Below, in pieces: positions 1-13,274 of a stretch of 64,000 nucleotides of DNA (positions within the stretch are counted from its first letter, which is position 1; every line of letters starts with the position of its first letter). Below the pieces are notes generated by a model, which saw only the letters and a list, made by a program, of their open reading frames with translations, was not told where the DNA came from and searched no databases. The translations under genes and the position numbers were made by a program. The stretch covers positions 22,072,001 through 22,136,000 of the forward strand of contig NC_135667.1 in NCBI RefSeq assembly GCF_964188315.1, read 5' to 3'. This DNA comes from Podarcis muralis (taxonomy: Eukaryota).

Positions 1-3000
1 ATTGTGAAGTGAGTTCCATTTGGGCTGTTGTTATCCACACTATACTTTTGGGTAGCTTTGGTGGATATTCTGCAAAATATGGAATCCATCTTAAAAACAC
101 CATGGAATTCGATTCACCATAAAACACAACTACATTGGTTGTACTGCTCATTACTGCATTATGTATTTCTGACCCATCTTCTAGCATTTTGTTCAGTTTA
201 GAGACAGATCTTATCAAAGGGACTCTTTTTATGAAGTTAAAACAGACACCTCTCTGGGAAAACATTGGCAAAACAGTTTGTAACAATCTTTCACCACTAT
301 CATTATCTATTACAAGGATGCCAATCCATATCCATCTGAAATGAAGAAGCAAAGAGAGAATCCCTTTGTACTGAAGGGCTTCATGGGGTACCATCTGGTA
401 GAAAGAAAGTCCGAGGTTTCTATCGTTCATCAATGGGACAGAGCCATATATGAGCTGGAGAGAGATTGGGGGAGAAGAAAAAAGATAGTAAAAATAGAAT
501 GTATGGTGCATCTTAAAGGTTTCCAAACAATTAAGGTAGGTTAGAATCTAGTGTTGTTCCCCTTTTGGAATCTAGTACTGTTCCCTTTTTCTGTCAGCAA
601 AACGAGGAATCAATTTTGGCTATTTCCCTCCTCCCTCCCCCAAGCAACCACCACTCCTTAATTCTTTTTTGAGAGCATTGAGTAATGTTCCAGAGAAGGA
701 ATCTGTGGTGTGTGGGGGCAAGAGGAATAGCCAAAAATGGACCCTCCTCTTGCTACAGGGGGCAAGAGGAATAGCCAAAAATGGACCCTCTGCATGTTCC
801 ACTGATGTATGCTTTTTGTTAATACAGGGTGGTACAATTGGAACTCCTATAATCACATTAGCAAGCTTTACAAGTACAGTGGTACCTCAGGTTAAGTACT
901 TAATTCATTCTGGAGGTCCGTACTTAACCTGAAACTGTTCTTAACCTGAAGCACCGCTTTAGCTAATGGGGTCTCCTGTTGCTGCTGCTGCCGCGCCGCC
1001 GGAGCACGATTTCTGTTCTCATCCTGAAGCAAAGTTCTTAACCTGAAGCACTATTTCTGGGTTAGCGGAGTCTGTAACCTGAAGCGTATGTAACCTGAAG
1101 CGTATGTAACCCGAGGTACCACTGTAGAACGTAGGAGGACTTTTATTATTCTCATTCTCCAGATAGGGAGTGGTGACTGAAAGTGAATAGATTGAATTAA
1201 GGACATTGAGTGTACTAGGTACTTCATGTACAGTGATGCCTTGATTGTCAAACTTAACCCATTCCAGGAGTCCGTTCGACCCTGGAGCTGTTCAAAAACC
1301 AAGGCGTGGCTTCCGATTGGCTGCAGGAGCTTCCTGCGCTCAATCAGAAGCCACATTGGATGTTCGGCTTCCAAAAAGACGTTCGCAAGCCAGAAAACTT
1401 ACTTCTTGGTTTGCGGAATTCGGGAGCCAATTTGTTCGGGAGCCAAGCCATTCGAAAGCCAAGGTACCGCTGTACTGTTATTATTTTTCATTCTTCAATT
1501 GCTAAATCACACCTTTCTGAGAGCAAGGTTTTCAAAATAATTTGCAGTAATGACTTTGTATTTGGGAGCTAACTTCTGTCAAAGGTTTTGTACAGTCTAC
1601 ATGAGAAATCATAACTCCAGCTATTTTGGAATTTAAGTAGCTGCCTCATACCAACTCAGACCATCTGCCCATCTATCTCCAGGACAGCAGTGGCTCTGCA
1701 GAATTTCAGACAGTCCTACTAGGAAATGCTGGGGATTGAACTTGGAGTCTTCTTCATGCAAAGTGGATGCTCTACCACTCACCGACAGCAATTCTCTTGC
1801 CAAAAAAAAAAAAAAAATTCATAGAAGAGTTTGTAAAAAATAATCATAATCAGGACAGTGAAGGTTCTTGATGTTTTACTATAATTCCTATATTCTGTAT
1901 TTCTACATAACATGCTATAGGTGCACAAAAGAATTATCCCAGGTTTCAGGAGAGGCCAATCTTCCTCTTGCCCATATCTGGGTGTACACATGCAATATCC
2001 CCTTTATCCCATTTAAACTTTCCCTGTTGCTTGGATATCAGTTACCAAAGTTCAGAGCACTATAGCTTTGCTTCAAATTTTATTCAGCATTCACTTGGCA
2101 GCGTGGGGTCCCTTTTTATATAGGCTATTTTTATATAGTTCTGAACTGTATTTACACTTTTTCTGAATTATGAATGAATCATAAAGTTTATTTTCTTTTG
2201 TTTTTTCATCTCATCAGTTAACTCATCTTTAATTAAATATAATCCTACCAATAAAACAAAAGAAGCAGCAGTACGCAGAACATTAAAAAATGGCATGAAC
2301 AACAGCTGTCAGGGGCTCAGGGGCAGAGCCACAGGGGAAAGAGGAGTTGGAGAGCGAAGAGGAAGGATCTGAGGGGAGCTTAGGAGGGTATGACAGTGAC
2401 CCGAGAGATTCCATGAGTCTCTCCAGCGAATCAGAAGATTCCCAGAAAGAGGCGCCCAGGGTCAGGGCAAGGGGGGCCAGCGGTGAGTCCCCAAGCGGCA
2501 GCTGGAGATCAGGGCCAGCTTCCCCGCCAGAGCGTAGCGGGGGGGAAGAAGCCCACAGATCAGAACCAGAGTCTTCTCCAGCAGGGAGAGAGAGTGAGTC
2601 AGAACTGACCACGCCTCCGTCGGAGAGTGGAGGGGCGGAGCGGAGGTCAGTTGCAGCCAGCCCCCCCGAAGGGGGAAGCAGTGACAGGAGCAGTGTAGCC
2701 GTTAAGAGGAAAGTGGCCGGCTGGGCGCGCGCGCCAAGTTCAAATGTGCAGGCGCGCGGGTCAGTAGAAAATCTGGATTGGGAGCCAGGTCCCAAAGCCC
2801 GCCGGAGACAGGGGGAGGAGTCAGAGGAATCCGCCTCCGAAGAGTCCAGGAAGGGTGGGACCCCAGGCGGCAGGAGGACCCAGAAGAGAAAAGAGCAGAG
2901 GAAGAGGTGGAGCAAAGCTCGGGTGTTAAACTGGTGTAGGGGAGGGGAAGAGTCAGACGGAGCTTCGACGGTCTAGAGTTACAGACGTAGGGCTGCGCGC

Positions 3001-5583
3001 CACGGATGTAAAACCAACAATGAACTTCAATAAAGACTTTTGTATATAAAGAGACACTGGCATTGGTCCTTTGTGAGCTGGGACCTGAGGCACCCCTGAC
3101 AACAGCAGATTAGAATCTCATTTTTCCAGTTTGGAAGTGTGATTTCTAAAAATATGAAGCTTGATTCATTGCTTTCAAGGTGCCCAGTACAGTGGTACCT
3201 TGGTCTACAACCATAATCTGTTCTGGAGGTCCGTTTGTAAACCAAAACAGGCTGTAACCCAAGGCGCGCTTTTGCCAATGGGGCCTCCCAAAAAAATTTG
3301 TTCGTAATCCCCCCCAAAAGGTTTGTAATCCAAAAAAAGTTTGCAAACCGGGACACGCACTTCCGGGTTTGACATGTTTGTAATCCAAAATGTATGAAAA
3401 CCAGACTGTTTGCAAACCAAGGTAATGTCTTGGCACAATAGAATAGGAAAAATGGTGGGACTAAGAATATGAGTGTTAAATTCCCAACACACACACACAA
3501 GCAGGCAGAGCTGTCCTACCTGTGGAATTTTATAGATATTCAAGAGAGTTCCCACATTAATGGAAATTTGGACATCCAGTCCTCCAACAACTGCTATTAG
3601 ATTTTTCTGGCTGTCACATAGGTAGTTAGGGATGACTCTTTCCAATGATGATAGAAGTCGCATTGTGGCATCATAAGTCTTCCTTGCATTGTAATAGCTG
3701 TCATAGATGTGGAAGCCCAATGTGAGATTGGGTAAAATCTGAGGGTTTTCATTGATCTCTTTTACTGCAAATGCCAAAGCCAGGATATGCTGGTAATGCT
3801 TACTGACTGTGCTGGAATAAGAGTGAGATTCTGTATCAGAAGGGTATTCCAAACTTAGTTTAGTTATTGCTGCTGTGTTCTGGGTCTCCTTTATCAATAA
3901 TTAACCATTACAGTATTTATATATAATGTTTCTATGTTGGCCTACATAAATATAAAGGCTGAAGTATAGGAGTGGTCACATTTAGAAGATCACACACTCT
4001 ATAATATTTCATCATTAGCTTTTTCTTTTTTTGAAAACACAAAATACAACTAAAAGCATAGCCGAATAGAGGCAAGGGGTGAATATTCACCATGGGCTTA
4101 AGAAATCTGTGATAAACATGCTGGTGAACATAATGCTTCCTTTTCCCTTGAAATTTTATTTACTGGCTTTTCTTTGCAGGGTTGTTCTTTATAGGGTTTC
4201 AAGATGCCCATATTGAGCCACTTGAGCTTGAGCTGCCTGAACAGTTTAAATCTGAAACGTGGACATACTGGGGGCATGGCGGCATGGGACCACAGAGGGA
4301 GGGCATTAAACTGGATCATAAGCATGTTCTGCTTAGTCGCATTACCTGGCAACCTGGCATAGAATACCATTTTTAAATTCTTTGTTTTCCCTCTCCCAGG
4401 CTTAGGTAGGGCATTAGTAGCTGCTTTTCTGCTGCATTAGGTTTGGATCTGATGTAACTTTATGCTGCTTTAATTTATACCAGTTTGCTTTACACCAGCT
4501 TCTTGCACATAGGATTGCTCCATTAGTTTTGTATTAGCATGCAAGTCTCCTTAATAGGGACAAAAGAAGTTTTAAATAAAAAACCTATAGAGTAAAAAGG
4601 ACTAAACAAGCCTCAAGCAAACTTTTTGAGAAGTCCAGTTTTGTTAAGGAAGGAAGAAAATTGATTAAAAGAAGGAAAGCCAGCCATCTGAGGTAAGAGT
4701 GGAGATGAATAGGAAGACACAAGTAGAGAAGAGAGTAACTATGGAGGGAAATGTGCCTTATCTATCAATGGCAAATACAGATGTACAGTGGACCCTCTGG
4801 ATACAAACTTAATTTGTTCTGGGGGTCTGTTCGCACCCCAAAAATTACATAAATAGAGGTGCACTCTGCGCAAATGCGCAGTGTGATTGAACGCTTCTGC
4901 ACACACGGTAGAACCCAGAAGCATACACTTCCAGGTTTGCCGTGGCTGTAACCCGAAGATTACATATCCAAAGGAATATGTAAACAGAGGTATGACTGTA
5001 TATACATACACCAACACACATACTCATATATTGTAATACATCTGTAGGTATATATAATATACCCGCCCACTAACTCGGGGGTAGCCAATGTGCTGCCCTC
5101 CTCCAAATGCTTTTTGTACCACAACTCCCTAATACCTGCCCATTGGACATCCTGAACTTCTAGTTCAGTTCAACAACATCTCATGGGCACAATATTGCCT
5201 ACTGCTTCAGGAAGTGCAGTGATGTTTTCCCTACAGCCCAAGCCAAGCAGCCAGATTTCTAAGGCTGCAGCAATAGCACCCATTCACCCTGTGACAGTAG
5301 TTTGTTAAATAAAATAAGTGAATAAAATGCATAGGAGGAAAAGTAAACAGTCAGTCAGGCCATACACAAATTGTTCTCCCAGTTTTTGCCGGGGTTCTTC
5401 CATGAAGTGTATTTCACTGATGATGAATCCAGCGTGATAAGCAACCCCACCAATGATGACATCTCCTGGATGGTGAAATGTGTGAAGAGGAGGCTGTGGA
5501 TAATAGATATTACATTGAACAATATGTGCCTTGCATGTCATGCAAGGAAATAGGACTAGCAGGAAAATGATTAAAATCGCCAT
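1..5583 (-). CDS. V2R gene A (vomeronasal type-2 receptor, class C GPCR), partial: exons 1-3, continues past the left window edge
   Basis: Exon 1 5366-5583 (218 bp; MAILIIFLLVLFP signal peptide, GDVIIGG). Exon 2 3520-3811 (292 bp; [30 protein letters not shown]). Exon 3 <1-454 ([11 protein letters not shown]..., open to the edge). GT/AG boundaries seen and exon sizes match the other copies. Family assignment from known V2R/CaSR-like motifs. Confidence 0.9.
877..1124. mobile_element. Tc1/mariner (Tigger/pogo-like) MITE
   Basis: TIR CAGTGGTACCTC(A/G)GGTTA, TA TSD. Confidence 0.85.
1231..1472. mobile_element. Tc1/mariner-type MITE
   Basis: CAGTGATGCCTTG...CCAAGGTACCGCTG termini flanked by TA. 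Confidence 0.7.
2307..3101 (+). mobile_element. Solo LTR (795 bp, Gypsy-type) in intron 2 of gene A
   Basis: 9-bp terminal inverted repeats TGTCAGGGG...CCCCTGACA, 5-bp TSD ACAGC (2302-2306 and 3102-3106), AATAAA near 3029, GC-rich against an AT-rich intron. Confidence 0.88.
3190..3424. mobile_element. Tc1/mariner-type MITE, right TIR truncated
   Basis: TA|CAGTGGTACCTTGG start, ends at CCAAGGTA. Confidence 0.7.
4786..4998. mobile_element. Tc1/mariner-type MITE
   Basis: TA|CAGTGGACCCTCTG...CAGAGGTATGACTG|TA. Confidence 0.7.
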
Positions 5584-6473
5584 CCTCGGTACAAGTCCAA
5601 ATCTTCCCTCTCTGTATAAAAACCTATATTTTCTTCTACAGTAGAAGCATTAAACCTCTGCCATTAAAACTGCCCACGTTGAACATTTTGCATTTCCCTG
5701 AGAGGTCTGAAGCCTGGAATAAAGATCACCACTGTAGGCTTTTGCCTGTTCCCAATCCCTCTCTTTATCTCTGAATTGTACTGGGATATTTAGGATGACC
5801 TTCACAGTCTTTGCTCTTTGTTTTCCTAGTGGCAACTGAAACTCCACAGGGGTTTGGTTGAACATAGTAACTAATTACTGTCCTCCTGACTAGGTAATTG
5901 TGTAGTTAATTATTACATTAAAGGCAAATTTTAAGCGAAGGATTTGGAGTCCTTTTGGAATTAAGAAACATTTGCAGCACTTTTCTTCTTAGAAAAACAT
6001 GTGCCGGTAGCTCATAACCCATGAGTACCCCAAGGTACCCCAAGGAATGGTTGTTTGTTATATTCTAAAGAAAGGTTTTCTCTCACACTTTAGCTACATA
6101 TTAACATTCTCTGGAAAGTATAGAGGATTGTTTTTAACAACGTGACAAGCATTACACACCACCATCAAAAGTTTGGAGACAACATGATTCAGGACACTTT
6201 GAGAGTGAGATTGTTTTCAGCTGACTTCTTAACATTCAAAAAGCACCTTGCCGGGGGTGGGGCAGGCGGCAACAGCAAAAATTGCTGAAAAGCAAAAAAA
6301 GACAGTACAATGGAGGGATGGGATACAGGCACTATCCTTTCCCCTTACAAATCTTAATTCAGTTTCCCAAATTAAAATTTCATATTAGAAGAATGTGGAA
6401 GTCTGTTGGAAAATCTACATAGAGCAACTATAGAGTTAAAAACTAAAAAGTATGATGAAGAGATGCATATTCT

Positions 6474-9400
6474 TCAGGCCCTATTTCTTATTAGATGTTC
6501 CTTGTTGTTCAACTCAGGTCGCAACAAAATAATGTAGCATTTGGGAGCAAAGATGCAAGCCAGAAGACCAGCACCAGAGGCTAAGATAGAGAAGATCTCC
6601 ACAGCTACCATGTGTTTTCCCTTTGTGCTGAGGTAGGTTGGAACAAAAGATACCCAGACACTGCAAAAGACCAGCATACTGAAAGTGATGAATTTTGCTT
6701 CATTGAAACTGTCAGGTAACTTCCTGGCAAAGAACGCCACAGTGAAACTGACAAGAGCCAGGAAGCCCATGTAGCACAGAACACAGTAAAACATAGTCAC
6801 AGATCCCTCATTACACTCTAGAACAACTTCCTTAGCCATTGAGTGCATATCAACATCTGGGAAGGGGGGTGAGGATCCCAGCCACACAATACAGATGCCT
6901 GCTTGTATAAGAAAACAGGAAATAACAACGGAATTGGTCAGTCTCTTTCCCACCCACATCCTCATCCTGGATCCTGGTTTAGTAGCCATGAAAGCCAGAA
7001 CCACTGTGATGGTTTTTGCCAACACACAGGAAACAGCTACTGAGAAGATGATGCCAAAAGCAGTTTGTCGAAGGAGACAGGTCGTCTTGTCACGTCGGCC
7101 AATAAATAGCAATGCACAAAGAAAGCAGAGTAGGAGTGAGATGAGGAGAGTGTAGGTGAGGTCTCGGTTGTTGGCTTTGACAAGGGCTGTGTTGTGGTGC
7201 TTCATAAATGTTCCCAGAACCAGAGCAGTGATCAAAGAAAATGAAAGAGCAAAGCAAGCTAAGCTAATGCCCAAAGGTTCTTCATAAGACAAGAAGCTTA
7301 TATCCTTGGGAATACACATGTCCTGGTTCTTGTTTGGATATTCTTCATCTGAACATTTATTACAGTCATTCATGTCTATAAAAGAAAACATGTAGCCTTA
7401 GTCTCAGCAACATGCTGAAATTGCTCTTTCCTGACTGATAAGATTCTATGTTCATGTGCTGTAGCAATGTCAGTGTTTTTGTAGCTCTAAAGCTACGCTG
7501 AGCCTCTCTTGACACTTCATACCACATTGTGACATTTATTTCAGTTAATACCTGGTCACAATATGATCTAATCTTAGGTCATGACCATAAAATATGTAAG
7601 AACCATATATTTGGTAATTGATACATTTTGATTGGTTCTTGTATTCTGTTTATTTCCCCCTTCTTCCTTCATTAATTAATTTTTGAGCATTTACGGTTTC
7701 CAGCCACACTAACAAGTCAATGGTGGTTGTTCTTCATAGCCCTCTAGGGGTTACGAAAAAGTTCAGGCGTGGGAAAGAGAGGAGATGAGGTGGGGGAGAG
7801 AGGGAGAAGTAAATCAAATATATATACGGTAAATACACAGACAAACAGACATGTAGAAAATAAAATGATGAAAACGATGTGGTCCTGGATGATCACAGAG
7901 TGATCTCCTTATTTCACATTCATTGAAGGAAGTGAAATTCTTTGAAGGCAGGGCCCCTTAAGCTACATTACAAAAGTTAAGTGTCCATTTCACAAATGCA
8001 TGAACCAGAATAGCTAAGTTGGGGGGGGGGAGGGGAATCACAAACTTCAATTTTAAAAAAGCAAACAAACAGGTAATGTGTTTGAAACCTCAATATGTAG
8101 GTGATACTAAACACTACCTTTGAAAGTTTTCTTCTCTGCTATCACCAGAACTACCCATTATATAGATACACAGAAGGCACCGTCATTTTTATTGACTGGA
8201 TCTGTCTTTAATACCCTGATTCAAGTGATCTCATATATCAGATACTTACCCTCCTGCTCTGAAATCTTCCCTTCTGGACATGGGATGCAATCATAGCAGC
8301 AAAATGGCTTTCCCTCTTTCACTTTCTTCCTAAAACCTGGGTGGCACCTCTCAGTACATAATGAAAGAGGCTGGGACTAATCCATAAAAGAGAGAGCAGA
8401 AAAATAATGTTCAGAATGATGAGATTAGAATCCTTTGTGTGAACATTTCATTTGTTACTAAAGTCATACCTCTTTTCAAGAGACTCCATCTCTGAATGGA
8501 GTCAGAGGCAGCTCATCCTATTTTACCACCTGAGGCAAAACAGGAATTGCTGCCTCATGGCCCCTCCACCATGTCCTGGCTCTCACATAAATTGATGGGA
8601 ACCAGGGTGCTCCTCAAAGTGTTGCTGATCATTTTCCCTCTGGGAGAGCTCAATTGACAAAATTGTGTGCAGGAATAACCCGAGTCTCCCAGAATTCAGT
8701 GGGAGTTGGGGTGCACTTCAAAGTGTTGCTGTTCATTTAGCTTCCCTGTACAGGGGCTTGGAAGATGAGTGGCAATGCTACTCAAATGGCTAATAATTGG
8801 GGCCTACCTGGTTAAACCAGTCGTACCATGTAATAGCATTCACATTGATACTGAACACTTGGTTGGCATCTACACTCCCAACTTTCACTCTGTGAAATGA
8901 TTGGTTTGAAGAAACAATCCAGTTGATTATATCAAATCCAGCCACTAACTCCCCATTTTGGTCAAAAGAAATCTTGTCTCCTCCACTGTTGTTAAAGGAC
9001 ACACTTCTGAGAAAGTGATGGATCTAGTTTGAATAAGGAAAAGGCCAGAATTTAGAAGCGGACACAGCTGGGGCTTTCATAACAAAATTGAATGTTGGGT
9101 ACAACATTCTGAGTGAGAAAATATTCATGATAAATAGAATTCAGAGATAAATTATACAGTTGCAATGCTCTGTCACTTGAGCCTATTACCTGCCCAAACT
9201 GTTGATTCTGATACTTCTGGCCTCCTTTGCCTTCCTTTGCTCTGAATCTAAATGAAGACTTGTCATGTAAAGCATGGGCTACAGCATAGACAGCATTGTA
9301 GATGCTGTAGCTGTGGCCATTCATTCCCATCTCAAAGAATGGTGCTGGAAGGCTCTCCAGTTTCTCCTCCCCAGTGCAAATATCCCCTTCCACATCTTCC

Positions 9401-12400
9401 ACATCTGGATCTGAGAATACACAACTAAATGTCTGTTGCCAGAAGTCCTTGATAAAACCATCTTCTTTTGTAATGGAAGGATTTCGGCTCTCAAGAAATG
9501 GTTTGAAATTGGGGACGTAACTGGAATGAATTGTGAAGGACAGGACACCATGGAATATTTCTGTTTCCCAATTCTTTTGGTAACCCAAGGAAGTGAGCTC
9601 CATTTCAGCTGTTGATATCCACACTAAGCCCTTTGGTAGGCTTGGTGGAGTTCTCGAATAATAGGGAAGCCATCTCAAAAACACCATGGAATTAGATTCA
9701 CCATAAAACACAACTACATTGGTTGTACTTTTCATTATTATATTGTGTATCCTTGTCCCATCTTCTAACATTTCATCCAGTTCAGAGCCAGAAGTTAACA
9801 TAGGGACTCTTATTTTAAAGTCAAAGCAGACACCTCTCTGGTTAAATACTGGCAAAACAGCTTGCAAAAATCTTTCACCATTTTCATTATCCATTACAAG
9901 GACCCCAATCCATGTCCACCTGAAATGCAGAAGCAAAGAAAGAATCCCTTTGTACTGAAGGGCTTCATGGGGTACCATCTGGTAGAAAGAAAGTCCTAGG
10001 TTTCTATCATTCAACAATGGGACAGAGCCATATATGAGCTGAAGAGATGAAGAAGGCAATAATAATCAGATATATATAGTATATTGAAGGTTTTAAAACA
10101 TATCCATGTAGGTATATTGAAGGTTTTAAAACATATCCATGTAGGTTGTTCCCTTTTCAGATGAAAGCCATATGTCAACAAGATAGGGAATTACATTTTG
10201 TTGATTCCCGCTCACCTCAAGGGAAAGCACTGCTCCCTAAACCTAGAACAGTTATTTGTGAAGTATGGGGGCTAAAGGGGACAAGAGGATTTTTAAAAAA
10301 ACAAACCAAAAACAAAACTCAGCTCATCTGTAAGCTCCTTATGCAGCTACACTGGTTTCTAGGTGCCTCCCCCATTTCTTTCTTGTTGGAATCATCTGCA
10401 TTTGTGCCTTCCGTATTTCACCTTTAAGAAACTCCCATCCATCTTGGGCTCCCTTCTCTCTGAGTATTTCTGACCATGAGATCTCACCTAGTAGTTCTTT
10501 AAGCTTTTTTGAAATCAGCATTCTTACAATCCAGAGTGCATGTCCAACTACACATAGCTTTCCCTTGCCGCTAACTGTGTTTCCTCCTAATTGTGTCTAC
10601 CTGGATGTCCACATAAATAGTGAATGCTTATCTCCCTTGAACTCTCCTTGTTGCCTTGATATTAGTTACTCAAGTTCTGAGCACTTGATTTTCTTTAAAT
10701 TACATGCAGAGTTCACCTGGCAAGGTGTGGTTCTTCCATACATTGATGGTTTTTATGTAGTCCTATTTGCACTTAATTTTTTCTGCAATGGTGAATGTAC
10801 TATGAGGAATATTTTCTTCTACAGTTTAAGCCCTCTTTTAACCTCCTGAATTTAATACAATTGAAACAATAAAACAAAAGAAACAGCAGAACTGGCAGCA
10901 TCATAAAAACTCTATCAGCAACATCGGACTAAACTTCTTGTTTTTCAAGTTTGGCTCTGAGATGCATGGAAAAAATAAGTCTGTCTCTTTTTTTGCAAGG
11001 CACACATTAACGTCTTTGAATCATAGAATATGAAATGCAGTATGTCTAAGAATATATGTGTTAACTCCCCATGTTACACCCACTCACCTACAGACAGAGA
11101 GATTCCTACCTGTGGAACCTTATAGTTACTCAAGAGAGTTGCCACGTGAATGGAAATTTGGGCATCCAGTCCTCCAACAACTGCTATTAGATTTTTTTGC
11201 TTGTCACATAGGTAGTTAGGGATAAATCTCTCCAGTGCTGATAGAAGCAGCATTGTGGCATGATAAGTCCTCCTTGCGTTGTTATAACTGTCATAGATGT
11301 GGAAGCCCAGAGTGAGATTGGGTAAGATCAGAGAGTTTTCATTTATCTCCTTTACTGCAAAAGCCAAAGCCAGGATGTGTTGGTAATGCTTAGAGACTAC
11401 ACTGAAATGAAAGTGAGATTCTGTTTCAGAAAGTTATTCCACACTTAAAAAAAAAAAAAGCAATGTCACGGTCTTCTGTACCTACTTTTTTCAAAAAGCA
11501 AGTACCGTATTACAGCATTTATAAGGTATATATATTTATAAAAAGATAAACAACACCAGTGTTTACATTGAAATTTCAACAATGGACAATTAGCATATTT
11601 TGACCAATAGATGTATCATGGTGTACAGTATGCAAAGAGACTGGATAAAAGCACAAAAAAAACTTTTCAACATGTCAATGAGCACCATTACTATTTGAAT
11701 ACTCAGAAATTATACATTTTAAATTAGGAGGGTGGTGAGGATAATGACAACTTATCAAGAGTTATCATGGTTTGAAAATATTTTGTTTAATAACCCAAAG
11801 AAAGCAGTTTCCAAAATATACCGCCAGGCATTGCATTAGCAAAATTAGCCTATCATATTTGGAAAAATAAGCAGCAAATTTACTAAAAGAAAATCCTAGG
11901 AATGATTGTTTATGGGGGAAGCTCAGTAACTTTATTGTAGCTTCTCTACTGCAGGAAAATTGTTTAAAGGTGATAGATATGGTATCAACCCCTGGTGATA
12001 ATTTTAAATATGATGAGTGAGATTTTATCTATTGTACATGAATCTGTAAATCTGTTAATGGCTTTTGGAAACTAAGATAGCAAGTTATTAATGTTATCTT
12101 AGCAGAAAGACTGAGGCTAGAATATTTTTATTCAGAATTGTAAAAGGAAAACTGTTTAAAGATCAGGAGGATATTGCTCTTTATCTAAATGGAATTGGGG
12201 TGTTGTTGTTTTTTTTGTTTTTTTGTTATTCTATGCTTTCTTTATTTTTATGCTTTTATATTCTGTGTGTGCAATGACTGTAACTTATTTTATAAAGCTA
12301 CCTTTTCTCACCAGACCCTCAACCCTTGCCTTAAACACTTTAGCTTTTTCCTACAACTCAACTCAAGACGCCAATGTTTCAAGGCTGTAGTTATCCCAGT

Positions 12401-12661
12401 GTCTGAAAAAGACAAGAAAAGCAAACAGTTATTAAGACCTTACACAATTGGTTCCATCAGCACAGGCAAAGGTTCTTCTTCAAAAGGTAGTAAACTAGTG
12501 ACGATGCCAGCATGATAAGCCACACCACCGATGATGAGGTCTCCTGACTGATGATATGTGTGAAGTGGAGAGTGTGGATAAACCATACTGCACTGAACAG
12601 TGCGAGCCTTGCATACCATGTGAGGAAACAGGGCCAGCAGCAAGAGCACTAAAACTACCAT
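6474..12661 (-). CDS. V2R gene B, complete 6-exon, predicted 867 aa
   Basis: Exons 12444-12661, 11110-11401, 9190-10038, 8808-9023, 8250-8376, 6474-7375 total 2604 bp, in frame, with GT/AG boundaries. Venus-flytrap domain, cysteine-rich domain (CCYDC), 7TM_3 ([26 protein letters not shown]). Confidence 0.93.
10080..10145. repeat. Perfect 33-bp tandem duplication near the exon-3 acceptor of gene B
   Basis: TATATTGAAGGTTTTAAAACATATCCATGTAGG x2. Confidence 0.9.
10340..10521 (-). mobile_element. CR1 LINE ORF2 fragment
   Basis: Translation [35 protein letters not shown]...IP resembles the CR1 endonuclease-RT linker. Confidence 0.65.
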
Positions 12662-13274
12662 CCTCAATACAGTACAAATCTTTCCTCTGCACATAAAGTC
12701 CCCCCGCTTTTATAGCACAATAACTACAGCTTCTGTGGTTAAAACTTCATGATTTGAACGTTTTACATTTTCCTGATAAGCCTGAAGCGTGGAATAGCCA
12801 AGATCAGAGCTGTGAACCTCCCCCTGTTCCCAGTCCTTCTCCCCGGCTCTGAATTGTATTGGGTATATTTATGACATCCTTCACAGTCTTTGCTCTTTGT
12901 TTTGGTAATGGCCATGCAAATTCCACAGAGGTTTGGATGACTATCAGAACTAATTACTGTCCTTTAATTGAGAAGTCAGTTGTTAAATTAAATGTAATTG
13001 TTAGTTAAAATTGGAAAGTCCCTGTGCAAATGAACAAAGTTGTTTGTCTCATACTCTGGAAAGTTCTTTTTTGACACAGATTTTCTCTTTCAGTTAGGAA
13101 AGGAAGGGGCAAAAAAGTTTGAAATGAGAAAGACGACAACACTATTTTCAAAACAACCACCACAACCACAACCACAACCACAACAATGTCTCCTGTTGGC
13201 ATTAGCTCAGCCTCTCCTACATTGAAGTCATTATTCTCCCCCTCCCCACAATGGCTATTTTGTATTATATGATG

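Noticed and set aside
1051-1572. Several 85-107 aa ORFs
   Set aside because: They overlap two MITEs and have no domain similarity.
2283-2915. 210-aa minus-strand ORF
   Set aside because: Antisense shadow of the GC-rich solo LTR, low complexity, no recognisable domain.
6895-7155. Recurrent plus-strand ORFs over V2R exons (e.g. 16039, 28310, 20250, 37747, 55512)
   Set aside because: They recur only because the sense exons are paralogous; no independent coding signal.
6474-7391. 7TM ORFs (also 15576, 27856, 51538, 61783) as single-exon GPCR genes
   Set aside because: Their N-terminal extensions are intronic, and each has an AG acceptor before D-MNDC with upstream exons in phase.
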